Source of the DNA: a virus
Lineage: Duplodnaviria; Caudoviricetes
DNA length: 40,945 nucleotides
IMG/VR virus record: IMGVR_UViG_3300033412_000033
Location: 1 to 40,945 of that record
Strand: one strand, 5' to 3'
The notes under the pieces were generated by a model, which worked only from the letters and a program-made list of their open reading frames with translations, had not been told where the DNA came from and ran no database searches. The position numbers and the translations under genes were made by a program. Within the stretch, counting starts at the first letter, position 1, and each line of letters starts with the position of its first letter. Positions 16,136 to 23,885 of the stretch are shown here, in pieces.

Positions 16136-18511
16136 TTGGACGGTATCGTCATCTCGTACTTCGAGTCAGCCAGTGACAACATACCGAAATACTACAGCTT
16201 TTCCGACTGGCCATCGCTGGCGACCTGGTTAACGCAGCCGCACCAGGTCCGAGCCTGGAAGGACGGCCCATGCTGGTCGGGGACGCACTACGACCAGGCC
16301 AAGGTCGACGCTGCGCTGGCCGCTGGCGGTAAAAACGTACGCTCCGATGAGAACGTTACCGGTGTGTATTTGGCCGTGCTCGACTACGACCACGCGACGG
16401 AGGAGACCATCGCGCGTGTAGAGGAGCGCTTACAGTCCTTCGCCTATGCTATCTATACAACCTATCGGCATCAGCTAGAAGGATATGGTAACGCCTTCCG
16501 CATCGTGTTACCGGTTACAAGGCCCATACATCCACACGAACATCAAGCCTTCTATCTTCGTTTGATAGATGCGATGGGCGGGGAAGCGGACCGCAAAGTA
16601 AGAAACTGCTCTAGGGTCTTTTATCTGCCCGCTTGCCCTTCGGAGCGAGAAAAGCATGCTTTTTCCTCTTGGCAAGATGGCGCCAGGATAGATGTCTCCG
16701 CCGTCTTAGGTCGTCCTGACGTTGCTCCAGAACGCCGCGCAGGTTTCGGAGGGCTCGTTACCCAAGAGCTATTCGAAGCATGGGGTCAAAGTCTCAGAAG
16801 AAAAGCCGATCCACAGAGCAAAGCCATAGGTTACGCAATAAAAAACGTACTAGCCGGTGAAGCGTTTGCGCCGGACGGAGATAGGGACAACGCATGCTTT
16901 TCTATCGCATGTTCGGTAGCGGAAGCTTTCCCTGATGCGGATCCATCATCTCTTGCTGAGTTCTTCGGCCAATCTCTCGCATTGATGCGTGGTCCGTCCG
17001 GTGAAGGTCCGGACGTCGCTATCATGTCTGAAAAGATAGCGCGCAAGCAACGCGAGGTAAGGCTTACCAGAAGCGCTCCGACAGATGATAGGACGCGACG
17101 CATACTTTCATTATATAGGACGGGGCGAGACTATGGGTATACAGCAGAAGAGCTTGCGGGTTGGGGTGATCTGTCTCATCGCTGGATCCTCACTCGCGGC
17201 AATGATCTTTGGTACTTCGTACATGGCGAATACGTTCATGTGCCTAATGGTCCGTACACTCCTACGGCCGCGCTAGATTATCTAGCGCCAGCAACCGGTA
17301 TACAACTAGTCAAACCTAAAAAGGATGGGTGGGAATTAGTACCCATTAGAGACCTGTGCATGCAGTACGGTACATCTTTGGATGAAGTGAAAGCTTCATT
17401 ACTCATCCAGAGAACGACGTACGACCACAATACACGAAGTCTAGTTGAAGCTACGGCGCCGCGCGCGTTCACAGGGCAGGCCGAACACAACCCATGGATC
17501 GAAGCGTGGCTTAAGGCGTTGCTCGGCGAACCCGGGCTGGACTGGTTAGCTGTGTTCCTCAAGCTCACAGAAGCCGCGCCAGCATTATTCTTAAGCGGAG
17601 CTCCGGGCGTCGGTAAGAATCTTCTAGCTAACGGTTTGGCTAGATTCTGGAAGGCTGCACGACCATCTAGTATCGAAGATGTACTAGGTACTGCGTTCAA
17701 CGATAGCTTGGCACGATGCCCACTAGTCTTCGCCGATGAGAATATTCCAAAGGACCACGGCAGGCCTAAGATAGAAGAACTCAAACGTTTGATAACAGGA
17801 ACGCGCCATAGATTAGCGCGGAAGTTTCGAGACGTACTCGACTTGGAAGGCGCGGCAAGGGTCATCATCGCCGCGAACGATCCATCTGTCGTCTTCGGTC
17901 GCGCGGCGCTTACACAGGAAGACATCCAAGCTCTGATAGATCGCTTCGTCTACGTCAGCCCGCATCCTGATGCGCGACGTATCTTGAACGAAGTTTCCAA
18001 GGATACATTGCGTGCATGGGTCGAAGGCAACGGTATAGCAAAGCATGCTTTATGGCTGGCCGAGAACCGTCAAGTTGATGGTACAGGTCGGCTAGCCTGC
18101 CCGGCAGACCTCGGCGCGATGAAAGACAAGCTGGTCATTGGCACGGGCCTGCGATGGGAGATCCTAGATTGGATCGTTTCTTATCTCAGTAACCCTTCGT
18201 TGATTACGCCAGAATTCTTACGTTTGCGTGCGCTGGCTAAGCCCGTGCATATCACAGGACGAGACACTGTCTGGATACGTGGCGAAAGCATATTCGCTTA
18301 CTGGGATAAGTTTGGAGATTCCAAACGGACGCCAGAGAAGCGCCGCATCATAGAAGAGATAGGACATATGTGTCCTACTCGAGCATCGTTCGGCAATTCG
18401 ATGTATCGCGCACTCGACCTAGAGATCCTAATGACGTGGTGCAAGACGGCGGACCGAGATCTGCCGGACCTTGAACGGACTAGAGCATGGCTTGAAAAAA
18501 TCTTCGCATGA
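16136..18511 (+). CDS. Primase-helicase (AEP-type primase, PriCT-like region, SF3-type NTPase)
   Basis: VLDYD, YTTYRH, FRIVLP, SRVFYLP; GDRDNACF; Walker A GAPGVGKN, Walker B LVFADE, IIAAN. Confidence 0.85.
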   Translation: MDGIVISYFESASDNIPKYYSFSDWPSLATWLTQPHQVRAWKDGPCWSGTHYDQAKVDAALAAGGKNVRSDENVTGVYLAVLDYDHATEETIARVEERLQSFAYAIYTTYRHQLEGYGNAFRIVLPVTRPIHPHEHQAFYLRLIDAMGGEADRKVRNCSRVFYLPACPSEREKHAFSSWQDGARIDVSAVLGRPDVAPERRAGFGGLVTQELFEAWGQSLRRKADPQSKAIGYAIKNVLAGEAFAPDGDRDNACFSIACSVAEAFPDADPSSLAEFFGQSLALMRGPSGEGPDVAIMSEKIARKQREVRLTRSAPTDDRTRRILSLYRTGRDYGYTAEELAGWGDLSHRWILTRGNDLWYFVHGEYVHVPNGPYTPTAALDYLAPATGIQLVKPKKDGWELVPIRDLCMQYGTSLDEVKASLLIQRTTYDHNTRSLVEATAPRAFTGQAEHNPWIEAWLKALLGEPGLDWLAVFLKLTEAAPALFLSGAPGVGKNLLANGLARFWKAARPSSIEDVLGTAFNDSLARCPLVFADENIPKDHGRPKIEELKRLITGTRHRLARKFRDVLDLEGAARVIIAANDPSVVFGRAALTQEDIQALIDRFVYVSPHPDARRILNEVSKDTLRAWVEGNGIAKHALWLAENRQVDGTGRLACPADLGAMKDKLVIGTGLRWEILDWIVSYLSNPSLITPEFLRLRALAKPVHITGRDTVWIRGESIFAYWDKFGDSKRTPEKRRIIEEIGHMCPTRASFGNSMYRALDLEILMTWCKTADRDLPDLERTRAWLEKIFA

Positions 18512-18512
18512 A

Positions 18513-18567
18513 CCGGAGCAAGAAAAAGCATGCTTATTGATCCGGAGCAAAGAAAAAGCATGCTTAT
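18513..18567. repeat. Tandem 25/26-bp repeat, each copy containing the palindrome AAGCATGCTT
   Basis: CCGGAGCAA(A)GAAAAAGCATGCTTAT at 18513-18537 and 18542-18567, between convergent genes. Confidence 0.85.
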
Positions 18568-18869
18568 CCTCTGTTGAGTCTGTGTTTGGGTCTCATGTGT
18601 CTAATCTGTTCAAGCGTCAAACCTTGCGTTATGGTTGTAAGATTATCTAATGCCGCTTGGACGGTCGGTCCTTTAGCTCTCGCGATTACGTCGCTCCCAT
18701 CACGTACAGTTAGTTCTGCTACGTAACAGTCGACGGAATACCAAAGCTCGATGTTCTCATGTAAGCCGATAAGTCTGTCGATGCTTTGATTAGTCGTCGT
18801 TGCTCGCCATGCTTTCGTACCATTGACACATGTTGCCATCGAAGAACCTCTGGCACGACTCGAACGCAT
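18564..18869 (-). CDS. Hypothetical protein (start may be ATG 18839)
   Basis: Plausible globular composition; end of the left early arm. Confidence 0.5.
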   Translation of the reverse strand: MRSSRARGSSMATCVNGTKAWRATTTNQSIDRLIGLHENIELWYSVDCYVAELTVRDGSDVIARAKGPTVQAALDNLTTITQGLTLEQIRHMRPKHRLNRG

Positions 18870-18963
18870 CGAGTGCGCGGGCTAGGCAGGTCTCCTCCGT
18901 CGCATATGGGCCCGAAGGCTCGCCGCGGCGCCAAGGTCGGCGAGGAGCTTGTCTATCGACTCC

Positions 18964-19311
18964 TCACTCAAACGTCACCGTCCCCTTCATCTCGATGAGG
19001 ATGTCGAACTTCAGCTCGTCGCTACCTTCCACCTCGACGTCGCACACGTCGCACGTGAACGGGAAGGGCACGTCCGGGAGCCCGTCAGAATACGGGAGCT
19101 TCGCCATCGGGGTCTCCTCGTCGCCGTGATACACGACGAAGAACATCTCGGCCGCCCCGAGCGTGGCTAGGCGCGCCATGACGGCGAGCGCGGTCGGCCT
19201 CGTGATGCCGGCCTCCACGGCTAGTTGATGGGCCTGGACGTACTTGTTCCGCTCGACGGCCTCCGAGATCCGCTCCCACTCTTCGGGCGTCACCCCAGGG
19301 AAACGTTTCAT
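18964..19311 (-). CDS. HTH-like plus CxxC ribbon protein
   Basis: High-GC3 ORF; FPFTCDVCDVEV. Confidence 0.6.
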   Translation of the reverse strand: MKRFPGVTPEEWERISEAVERNKYVQAHQLAVEAGITRPTALAVMARLATLGAAEMFFVVYHGDEETPMAKLPYSDGLPDVPFPFTCDVCDVEVEGSDELKFDILIEMKGTVTFE

Positions 19312-19318
19312 CTTACTT

Positions 19319-19525
19319 TCATCCCATCTTTACGGTTACTGTGTTACCGGTTCTATAGCCTACGGCTTTGCGCCGGCCTTTGGGGTCGTAGACCACGACT
19401 CGGTCGACGCTGTGGAGTGCGTTTAAGGTCTCCCATACGGGGTCGGCTGCTCGGGCGCGACGCTCCAGCAGCCACGCGAGGAGCCAGAGCAGAGTGATAA
19501 GTGCGAGCGCGAGGACGAGGATCAC
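19319..19525 (-). CDS. Small membrane-anchored protein
   Basis: N-terminal hydrophobic helix; GTGA overlap. Confidence 0.55.
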   Translation of the reverse strand: MILVLALALITLLWLLAWLLERRARAADPVWETLNALHSVDRVVVYDPKGRRKAVGYRTGNTVTVKMG

Positions 19526-19695
19526 TTTAGCCCCCAGTCCACATAGATGTCTGCCATCCCATGCTCGTGACGGGCATGGTTTAGTGCGTTGTCATCTAGT
19601 CCCCACGGAAGAGGACACGAAAGACAGTGAAGGAATTCCACGAAGTGTTTCCAAGCTTGCTCTGCATATCGTTTCTTTAGCTTGCGGCTTACCAT
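19522..19695 (-). CDS. Hypothetical protein
   Basis: AGAGGA SD before ATG 19695. Confidence 0.5.
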   Translation of the reverse strand: MVSRKLKKRYAEQAWKHFVEFLHCLSCPLPWGLDDNALNHARHEHGMADIYVDWGLK

Positions 19696-19703
19696 GGTTC
19701 CTC

Positions 19704-19745
19704 TAACGCCCAAAGGCCCGGCCGATTGCTCGGTGCGGGCCGGGG
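19704..19745 (-). terminator. Terminator-like hairpin, left early arm
   Basis: GGCCCG-CACC-GA-GCAA-TC-GG-CCGGGCC-TTTGGGCGTTA; homologous to 22628-22665. Confidence 0.65.
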
Positions 19746-19760
19746 CTAGGCGGAAAGGGA

Positions 19761-19901
19761 TTAGTGCTTCCGGTAAGACTCTAATACTTTCTCACACATC
19801 TTTTCGGAGCCTCGGTACAGTACATATCCGTATGGGTTCCTTAGCTCCCACACCTTGCCCACTTGAACGATACTGAAACCGCCGATCGCTGCGTTGTTCA
19901 T
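19761..19901 (-). CDS. 46-aa early protein MNNAAIGG... (not in ORF track)
   Basis: Directly follows TTGACG-17-GAGGAT-6-ATG; 5' end shared with genes at 21925 and 22510. Confidence 0.65.
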   Translation of the reverse strand: MNNAAIGGFSIVQVGKVWELRNPYGYVLYRGSEKMCEKVLESYRKH

Positions 19902-19936
19902 GTCCTTATCCTCGCATCCTTATCTCATGCCGTCAA
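19902..19936 (-). promoter_or_regulatory. Sigma70-type promoter, probably leaderless
   Basis: TTGACG-17-GAGGAT-6 nt-ATG. Confidence 0.55.
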
Positions 19937-19952
19937 GGACTTTTTTCGTAGG

Positions 19953-20456
19953 TTAGCCTATGCTGGCCAGATCCATCGCGTCTCCGGCGAAGTACTTGCC
20001 GCGCATGCAACCGAGCATGTCAGAGAAGCAACGGAACTCGAAGTCGCTCTGATGCTTCTCGTAGTACGTTATGCGGTCCTTAAGGCGGAATTGCTTCCAG
20101 ATCTCGTTGGCCTCCTCTTGACACATATCTGAGAACTTGTTCTCGTCCAGCACGGGATAATCGGCTAGGGCCGCTTCGATCTCCTCCGCTGCGCCAGCGG
20201 CCGCGGAGCCCGGGCGGACCAGGATGATCTCGAACCATCCGTTGGCCCAGTGCCCGAAACGATGCACCTCGACGTCGCTCTCGTCGTCTCCGGACGCCGT
20301 GATAAGCATGTCGCGGGCGACGGCGAAGTTGCACCGCGTGAGCACGTCGGAGTCTCGGTTTTGCGCGACCGAGGCGACCAGCCAGTCTTGGCGGTCCTCC
20401 AGGCCGAGGCCTTTGGTATCGAACTGTGAGGGACGAAACTCGCTGTAGGTTTTCAT
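19953..20456 (-). CDS. Conserved phage early protein
   Basis: CNF..VHRFGHWANGWFE..LADYPVLDE..S pattern; has its own promoter. Confidence 0.7.
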   Translation of the reverse strand: MKTYSEFRPSQFDTKGLGLEDRQDWLVASVAQNRDSDVLTRCNFAVARDMLITASGDDESDVEVHRFGHWANGWFEIILVRPGSAAAGAAEEIEAALADYPVLDENKFSDMCQEEANEIWKQFRLKDRITYYEKHQSDFEFRCFSDMLGCMRGKYFAGDAMDLASIG

Positions 20457-20491
20457 GGTTCTTACCTTATCAGATCTGAGGTACGGATCAA
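20457..20491 (-). promoter_or_regulatory. Sigma70-type promoter, probably leaderless
   Basis: TTGATC-16-TAAGGT-7 nt-ATG. Confidence 0.5.
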
Positions 20492-20496
20492 GAGTT

Positions 20497-20667
20497 TTAG
20501 CGCGTCACTTGTCGTGGGATGCGTCGCATAGCATTCGCGTGATAATGAGCCGCAACTGCGATCGTCGAGTCTTTGCGTGATAGTTGGTACAGGAATTCAG
20601 CGAACGAATCCAACATGAAACCGATTACGTCCGTCGCTTTGATGTTTTCTGGTTTGAACGAGTTCAT
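20497..20667 (-). CDS. 56-aa early protein (true start ATG 20667)
   Basis: Follows TTGACG-17-TAGGAT-7-ATG. Confidence 0.6.
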   Translation of the reverse strand: MNSFKPENIKATDVIGFMLDSFAEFLYQLSRKDSTIAVAAHYHANAMRRIPRQVTR

Positions 20668-20703
20668 GATTCTTATCCTAAGGGATCTAGGACTCCTCGT
20701 CAA
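20668..20703 (-). promoter_or_regulatory. Sigma70-type promoter, probably leaderless
   Basis: TTGACG-17-TAGGAT-7 nt-ATG. Confidence 0.7.
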
Positions 20704-21133
20704 GCTTTTCTTTTCGTGCCAATACGATCTGTAGCTCCTCTGCTGTGAGCTCGCGGACGTGCCATTCCCAGCTTGGGATACAGTTCCCATGCTCTAGGGT
20801 CGTATGGGTGACCATGGTCATGTCGGCTTCCGCGATCTCCGTCACCCGGGCCTGGTCGGCCTCGCTCATCTCATCGTGCCGCGCGTCGCTCCAATCCAGG
20901 CCCAGTTCCTTCGCGGCCGCCTCGTACTCGTCCGGGCCGATCGTATGCAAAAGGCCCGGTGCGTTGTCATCGAGCCACTCGAGGGCGGATTCCAAGGCGT
21001 CTTCCAGATGTGCGGCTAGGACGACCACGTGCGTATCGCCGTAGGCTCCGAACGAGAACAGGAAGCCCACATCATGTTCGCTGGCCGAGGTTTCGCAGAA
21101 CGGGACGGTTCGGATATCGAATTCGTTTGCCAT
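20687..21133 (-). CDS. Highly acidic early protein
   Basis: Hand count about 34 D/E vs 8 K/R in 148 aa; first gene of the left arm. Confidence 0.7.
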   Translation of the reverse strand: MANEFDIRTVPFCETSASEHDVGFLFSFGAYGDTHVVVLAAHLEDALESALEWLDDNAPGLLHTIGPDEYEAAAKELGLDWSDARHDEMSEADQARVTEIAEADMTMVTHTTLEHGNCIPSWEWHVRELTAEELQIVLARKEKLDEES

Positions 21134-21169
21134 GAAACATAGACTAATAGAGATGAGTCAGGCCGTCAA
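21134..21169 (-). promoter_or_regulatory. Sigma70-type promoter, leaderless
   Basis: TTGACG-17-TAGTCT-7 nt-ATG, with no SD. Confidence 0.75.
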
Positions 21170-21242
21170 GGAAAAAGATCTTAACGAGTGAAGAAAGATG
21201 TCTTATCAGAATTATGGCGCAGTGCGACATGGATCAGTCTTT

Positions 21243-21554
21243 TGCTGCACGAAGTGCACGTGGATCCATGGGGTGCTGCACGTGAAGGTGCACGAAACTT
21301 TGCGCCGCGAATTCGCTGGTTTAGGTCGTTTTACGTTCACTTCGTGCAGGGGTTTGGGAATACGTACGGAGAATGTGTTCAAAAAGGACTATATGCAGTG
21401 CGTTAAAAACGATTTTTTACAAGTGCTGGTATATACAGCGTTCGGAAAGTGCTGCACGAAGTGCACGTGATTCGACCTAAGTGTTCGGTATCATTGAAGT
21501 AAAGTTCGTGCGGATCCAACGTGCAGACCTTCGTGCACTTCGTGCAGCACGTGA
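21243..21554. repeat. Iteron-like direct and inverted GCTGCACGAAGTGCACG repeats (candidate origin or genome-end region)
   Basis: 20-bp direct repeat at 21243-21262 and 21450-21469; 19-bp inverted repeat at 21449-21467 and 21532-21550; more partial TGCACG/CGTGCA copies. Confidence 0.8.
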
Positions 21555-21626
21555 TGGGGTGAACGGAATGTTGGATCCAACGGTTAAGGAACCTGATGAC
21601 GAGTGAAGAAAGTTAGAAGAAAGACC

Positions 21627-21661
21627 TTGACCAGATGAGCTAGATACCTTAGTCTAAGGAC
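21627..21661 (+). promoter_or_regulatory. Sigma70-type promoter, probably leaderless
   Basis: TTGACC-17-TAGTCT-6 nt-ATG. Confidence 0.72.
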
Positions 21662-21844
21662 ATGGCAAACATCAAGTCAATCAATGAGACCATCGCAAAC
21701 GCCCGCGCCGCTCGTTCGAGCATCAAGCCTGGCATGCAATATGCTGCTCAGGTCAAGGCCGACACGGCGAAGATTCTTGAGTCGTGGAAGGTGCGTAAGG
21801 ATCTGGACCGCCAGGACTTCATCCAGTTCTTTTCGCTGGCGTGA
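21662..21844 (+). CDS. Early hypothetical protein
   Basis: First gene of the right arm; begins ATGGCAAAC like the first left-arm gene. Confidence 0.65.
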   Translation: MANIKSINETIANARAARSSIKPGMQYAAQVKADTAKILESWKVRKDLDRQDFIQFFSLA

Positions 21845-21889
21845 ACGACCATGCTCGGGATAATAGGTCTGACGCTACTCGTTTGGGGC

Positions 21890-21924
21890 TTGACATCCTA
21901 GCACAAGGATGAGAGGATAGGAAC
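21890..21924 (+). promoter_or_regulatory. Sigma70-type promoter cassette
   Basis: TTGACA-17-GAGGAT-6-ATG; near-identical to 22475-22509. Confidence 0.65.
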
Positions 21925-22140
21925 ATGAGCAACGCAGCACGCGAGAGCAACGTTTTCGAAGATGGACGCATGGCACGTGAGGCCGGCCTTACGCTCGGAG
22001 AGATTCACAATCTGTTCGGGTTTCTCGAGTTCATGACCTCGAGCGTCCGCAAGGCTACGTTCGGTCGGTATCAAGGCGCTCGCCAGGATGGCGCATGGGC
22101 TTACGAGAGCTTCCGCATTCTTTCTATGCCTTCGGTTTGA
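21925..22140 (+). CDS. Early hypothetical protein
   Basis: MSNAAR start after the promoter cassette. Confidence 0.6.
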   Translation: MSNAARESNVFEDGRMAREAGLTLGEIHNLFGFLEFMTSSVRKATFGRYQGARQDGAWAYESFRILSMPSV

Positions 22141-22151
22141 GGAGGTATGCT

Positions 22152-22286
22152 GTGTCTAAAGAAGCCTTGATTGAGTCCTGGTTCGATTCCCTCGCCGCTT
22201 TCCTGTGGTTTCTCAGTGCGTCCGGTAAGAAGAGAAACGGAGCGCAGGACGTCCGAAACGCAAGGATGATGCATAACCTTCTCTAG
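22152..22286 (+). CDS. Hypothetical protein (GTG start)
   Basis: GGAGGT SD upstream. Confidence 0.45.
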   Translation: MSKEALIESWFDSLAAFLWFLSASGKKRNGAQDVRNARMMHNLL

Positions 22287-22296
22287 GAGATGAAAC

Positions 22297-22464
22297 ATGT
22301 ACGCAATCGACAGCATGCACGGAAACGAACTTTGCAGCGGCATCGAATTGGAGCAGGAGGCGCGACGCATCGCACAGAATGATGCTAACAGACTCGGTGA
22401 GCCAGTCTACTTGTACGAGATGGGTTCGGATGAGGAAGCAGAAGAGATTCAACCGGAGGAATGA
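22297..22464 (+). CDS. 55-aa acidic protein (not in ORF track)
   Basis: AGGAG SD; MYAIDSMHG...SDEEAEEIQPEE. Confidence 0.6.
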   Translation: MYAIDSMHGNELCSGIELEQEARRIAQNDANRLGEPVYLYEMGSDEEAEEIQPEE

Positions 22465-22474
22465 TCTTTTTCTC

Positions 22475-22509
22475 TTGACATCCTAACACAAGGGTGAGAG
22501 GATAGGAAC
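22475..22509 (+). promoter_or_regulatory. Sigma70-type promoter cassette
   Basis: TTGACA-17-GAGGAT-6-ATG. Confidence 0.65.
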
Positions 22510-22608
22510 ATGAACAACGCAGCACGCAACGCTCGGTACGAGACCCTGACCTTTATCCGACTCCTCCAGGGGCTGCTCCGGGAGATCAACGAAGTCAGTA
22601 AGTGGTAA
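22510..22608 (+). CDS. 32-aa early peptide MNNAARNARYE... (not in ORF track)
   Basis: Sits between a promoter cassette and a terminator-like hairpin. Confidence 0.55.
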   Translation: MNNAARNARYETLTFIRLLQGLLREINEVSKW

Positions 22609-22627
22609 GATAAGGAAGTTCAACCCA

Positions 22628-22665
22628 GGCCCGCACCTCTTAGGAGGCCGGGCCTTTGGGCGTTA
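22628..22665 (+). terminator. Terminator-like hairpin, right early arm
   Basis: GGCCCG-CACC-TC-TTAG-GA-GG-CCGGGCC-TTTGGGCGTTA. Confidence 0.65.
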
Positions 22666-22762
22666 TGAGGCTCACACTACATCTAACCGCGGTCCTCAAA
22701 GCTTGGGATGAAGGTCGCATCAGTGAAGAAACGCTGAACATCTGGCTGGCGAGGTATTACCC

Positions 22763-22981
22763 ATGAACCGCTTCACCGTAGACATGACTACGGAGCGGCA
22801 TGTTTACATCCAGCCGCCCATGCTCGGAGGAAGGCTAGGCACCTTAGTATGTGACTTTTTGAGTCAACTAACTGAGGGTTTGCGTGAAGTCTGCCGCCCA
22901 GGTCAAGGCAGACACGGCTTACCTGAGATCTGGATAAGATACTTTCGTCGCGCAACGAATCTAGGAAGGTTCCGATCATGA
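22763..22981 (+). CDS. Hypothetical protein
   Basis: ATGA-coupled chain 22665-22766, 22763-22981, 22978-23154. Confidence 0.5.
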   Translation: MNRFTVDMTTERHVYIQPPMLGGRLGTLVCDFLSQLTEGLREVCRPGQGRHGLPEIWIRYFRRATNLGRFRS

Positions 22982-23264
22982 TGTCCGACCGAGAAGCCGA
23001 GCTCTATCTAACCTTGGCCATTGCCCTCAAGCATGCTGGGCTACTGGACGCCGAACTAGATGCAGTAGAGATGGTCAAGCAAGCTCAGATACTAGTCGAA
23101 AAACTAGAACAAGTAAAGCTTGACATCGTTCTAGTAAGAGAGGATGTTCATTAGGAACTAATAGCACAAGGTTCCTATATCGCACGTCCGCTGCACGCAT
23201 CATCTCGGCCGTTAACGCAGTAATCCTGTGCTGCAAAAAGCTGTGCGTGCGCTAGACTCCTAGG

Positions 23265-23852
23265 GTGTCCGAAGAACAAGTTATCAGATACCCCTTGTGG
23301 GAACGGCAGGATTTCGAAAGCGACGAGCAGTGGGCTGCGTTTCAGAACTACCGGAACACGCCCCCTGCTGTGCGCGCCTTGGACCGGGTCTCGGCGGAAG
23401 TCTACGTAAAGCGCGCGAAGGTCGAGAAGTGGGCCAAGCTCATGCACTGGGCGGAGCGAGCGCGCGAGTTTGATCGTTGGTGCGACCAGCAACAGGCCCA
23501 TGAACTGAGCCGCTCGGAAGCGCTGCACGAGACGCGGCGGGCCCATCTGCGCTTGCTCGGCCTGTTCTCCAAGATCCTCGGAGACGAACTAGAGACGATC
23601 CTCAAGCAACAAGCCGAACGCCGCGAGCAAGGCGCTACTTATAGCATCCTTAAGCCTCATGAGATAGCCCGTTCTTTGCGCGACACGGTCGTTCTGACGC
23701 GCCTGCTAATGGGCGAAAGTACTGAAAACGTGTCACTGGGCGGAAAGCTAGCGGATCTCTCGGATGAAGAACTCGAGGTACTCGAGAAGATCCACGCCAA
23801 GAAAGATCGAAGCATCCTGACCTCCGGGCAAGAGATAGTGAAAAAAGACTAG
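23265..23852 (+). CDS. Putative terminase small subunit
   Basis: WERQDFES..AAFQNY..RALDRV..WAKLMHWAERAREFD HTH-type pattern; C-terminal LADLSDEELEVL typical of TerS tails; TAGACT-6-GTG start. Confidence 0.55.
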   Translation: MSEEQVIRYPLWERQDFESDEQWAAFQNYRNTPPAVRALDRVSAEVYVKRAKVEKWAKLMHWAERAREFDRWCDQQQAHELSRSEALHETRRAHLRLLGLFSKILGDELETILKQQAERREQGATYSILKPHEIARSLRDTVVLTRLLMGESTENVSLGGKLADLSDEELEVLEKIHAKKDRSILTSGQEIVKKD

Positions 23853-23885
23853 ACAACCTAGCGCAAGGATGCTAGTCTCTTTTTC
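23850..23885 (+). promoter_or_regulatory. Promoter, leaderless
   Basis: TAGACA-17-TAGTCT (TG-extended)-7 nt pyrimidines-ATG; no SD. Confidence 0.65.

Noticed and set aside
21188-21554. CRISPR array, or the ORFs with repeated CCTKCT
   Set aside because: Repeats are irregularly spaced and in both orientations, with no spacer periodicity. The peptide repeat just reflects the DNA motif.
21594-21612. Second hammerhead (CTGATGA...GAAA)
   Set aside because: No stems can be formed around the core; likewise for the CTGATGA near 28976.
23140-23235. HDV-like ribozyme (GGATGT/ACGTCC and AGCACA/TGTGCT pseudoknot-like pairings)
   Set aside because: P3 and P1.1 are poor and there is no catalytic C in the J4/2 position; at most an unclassified structure.
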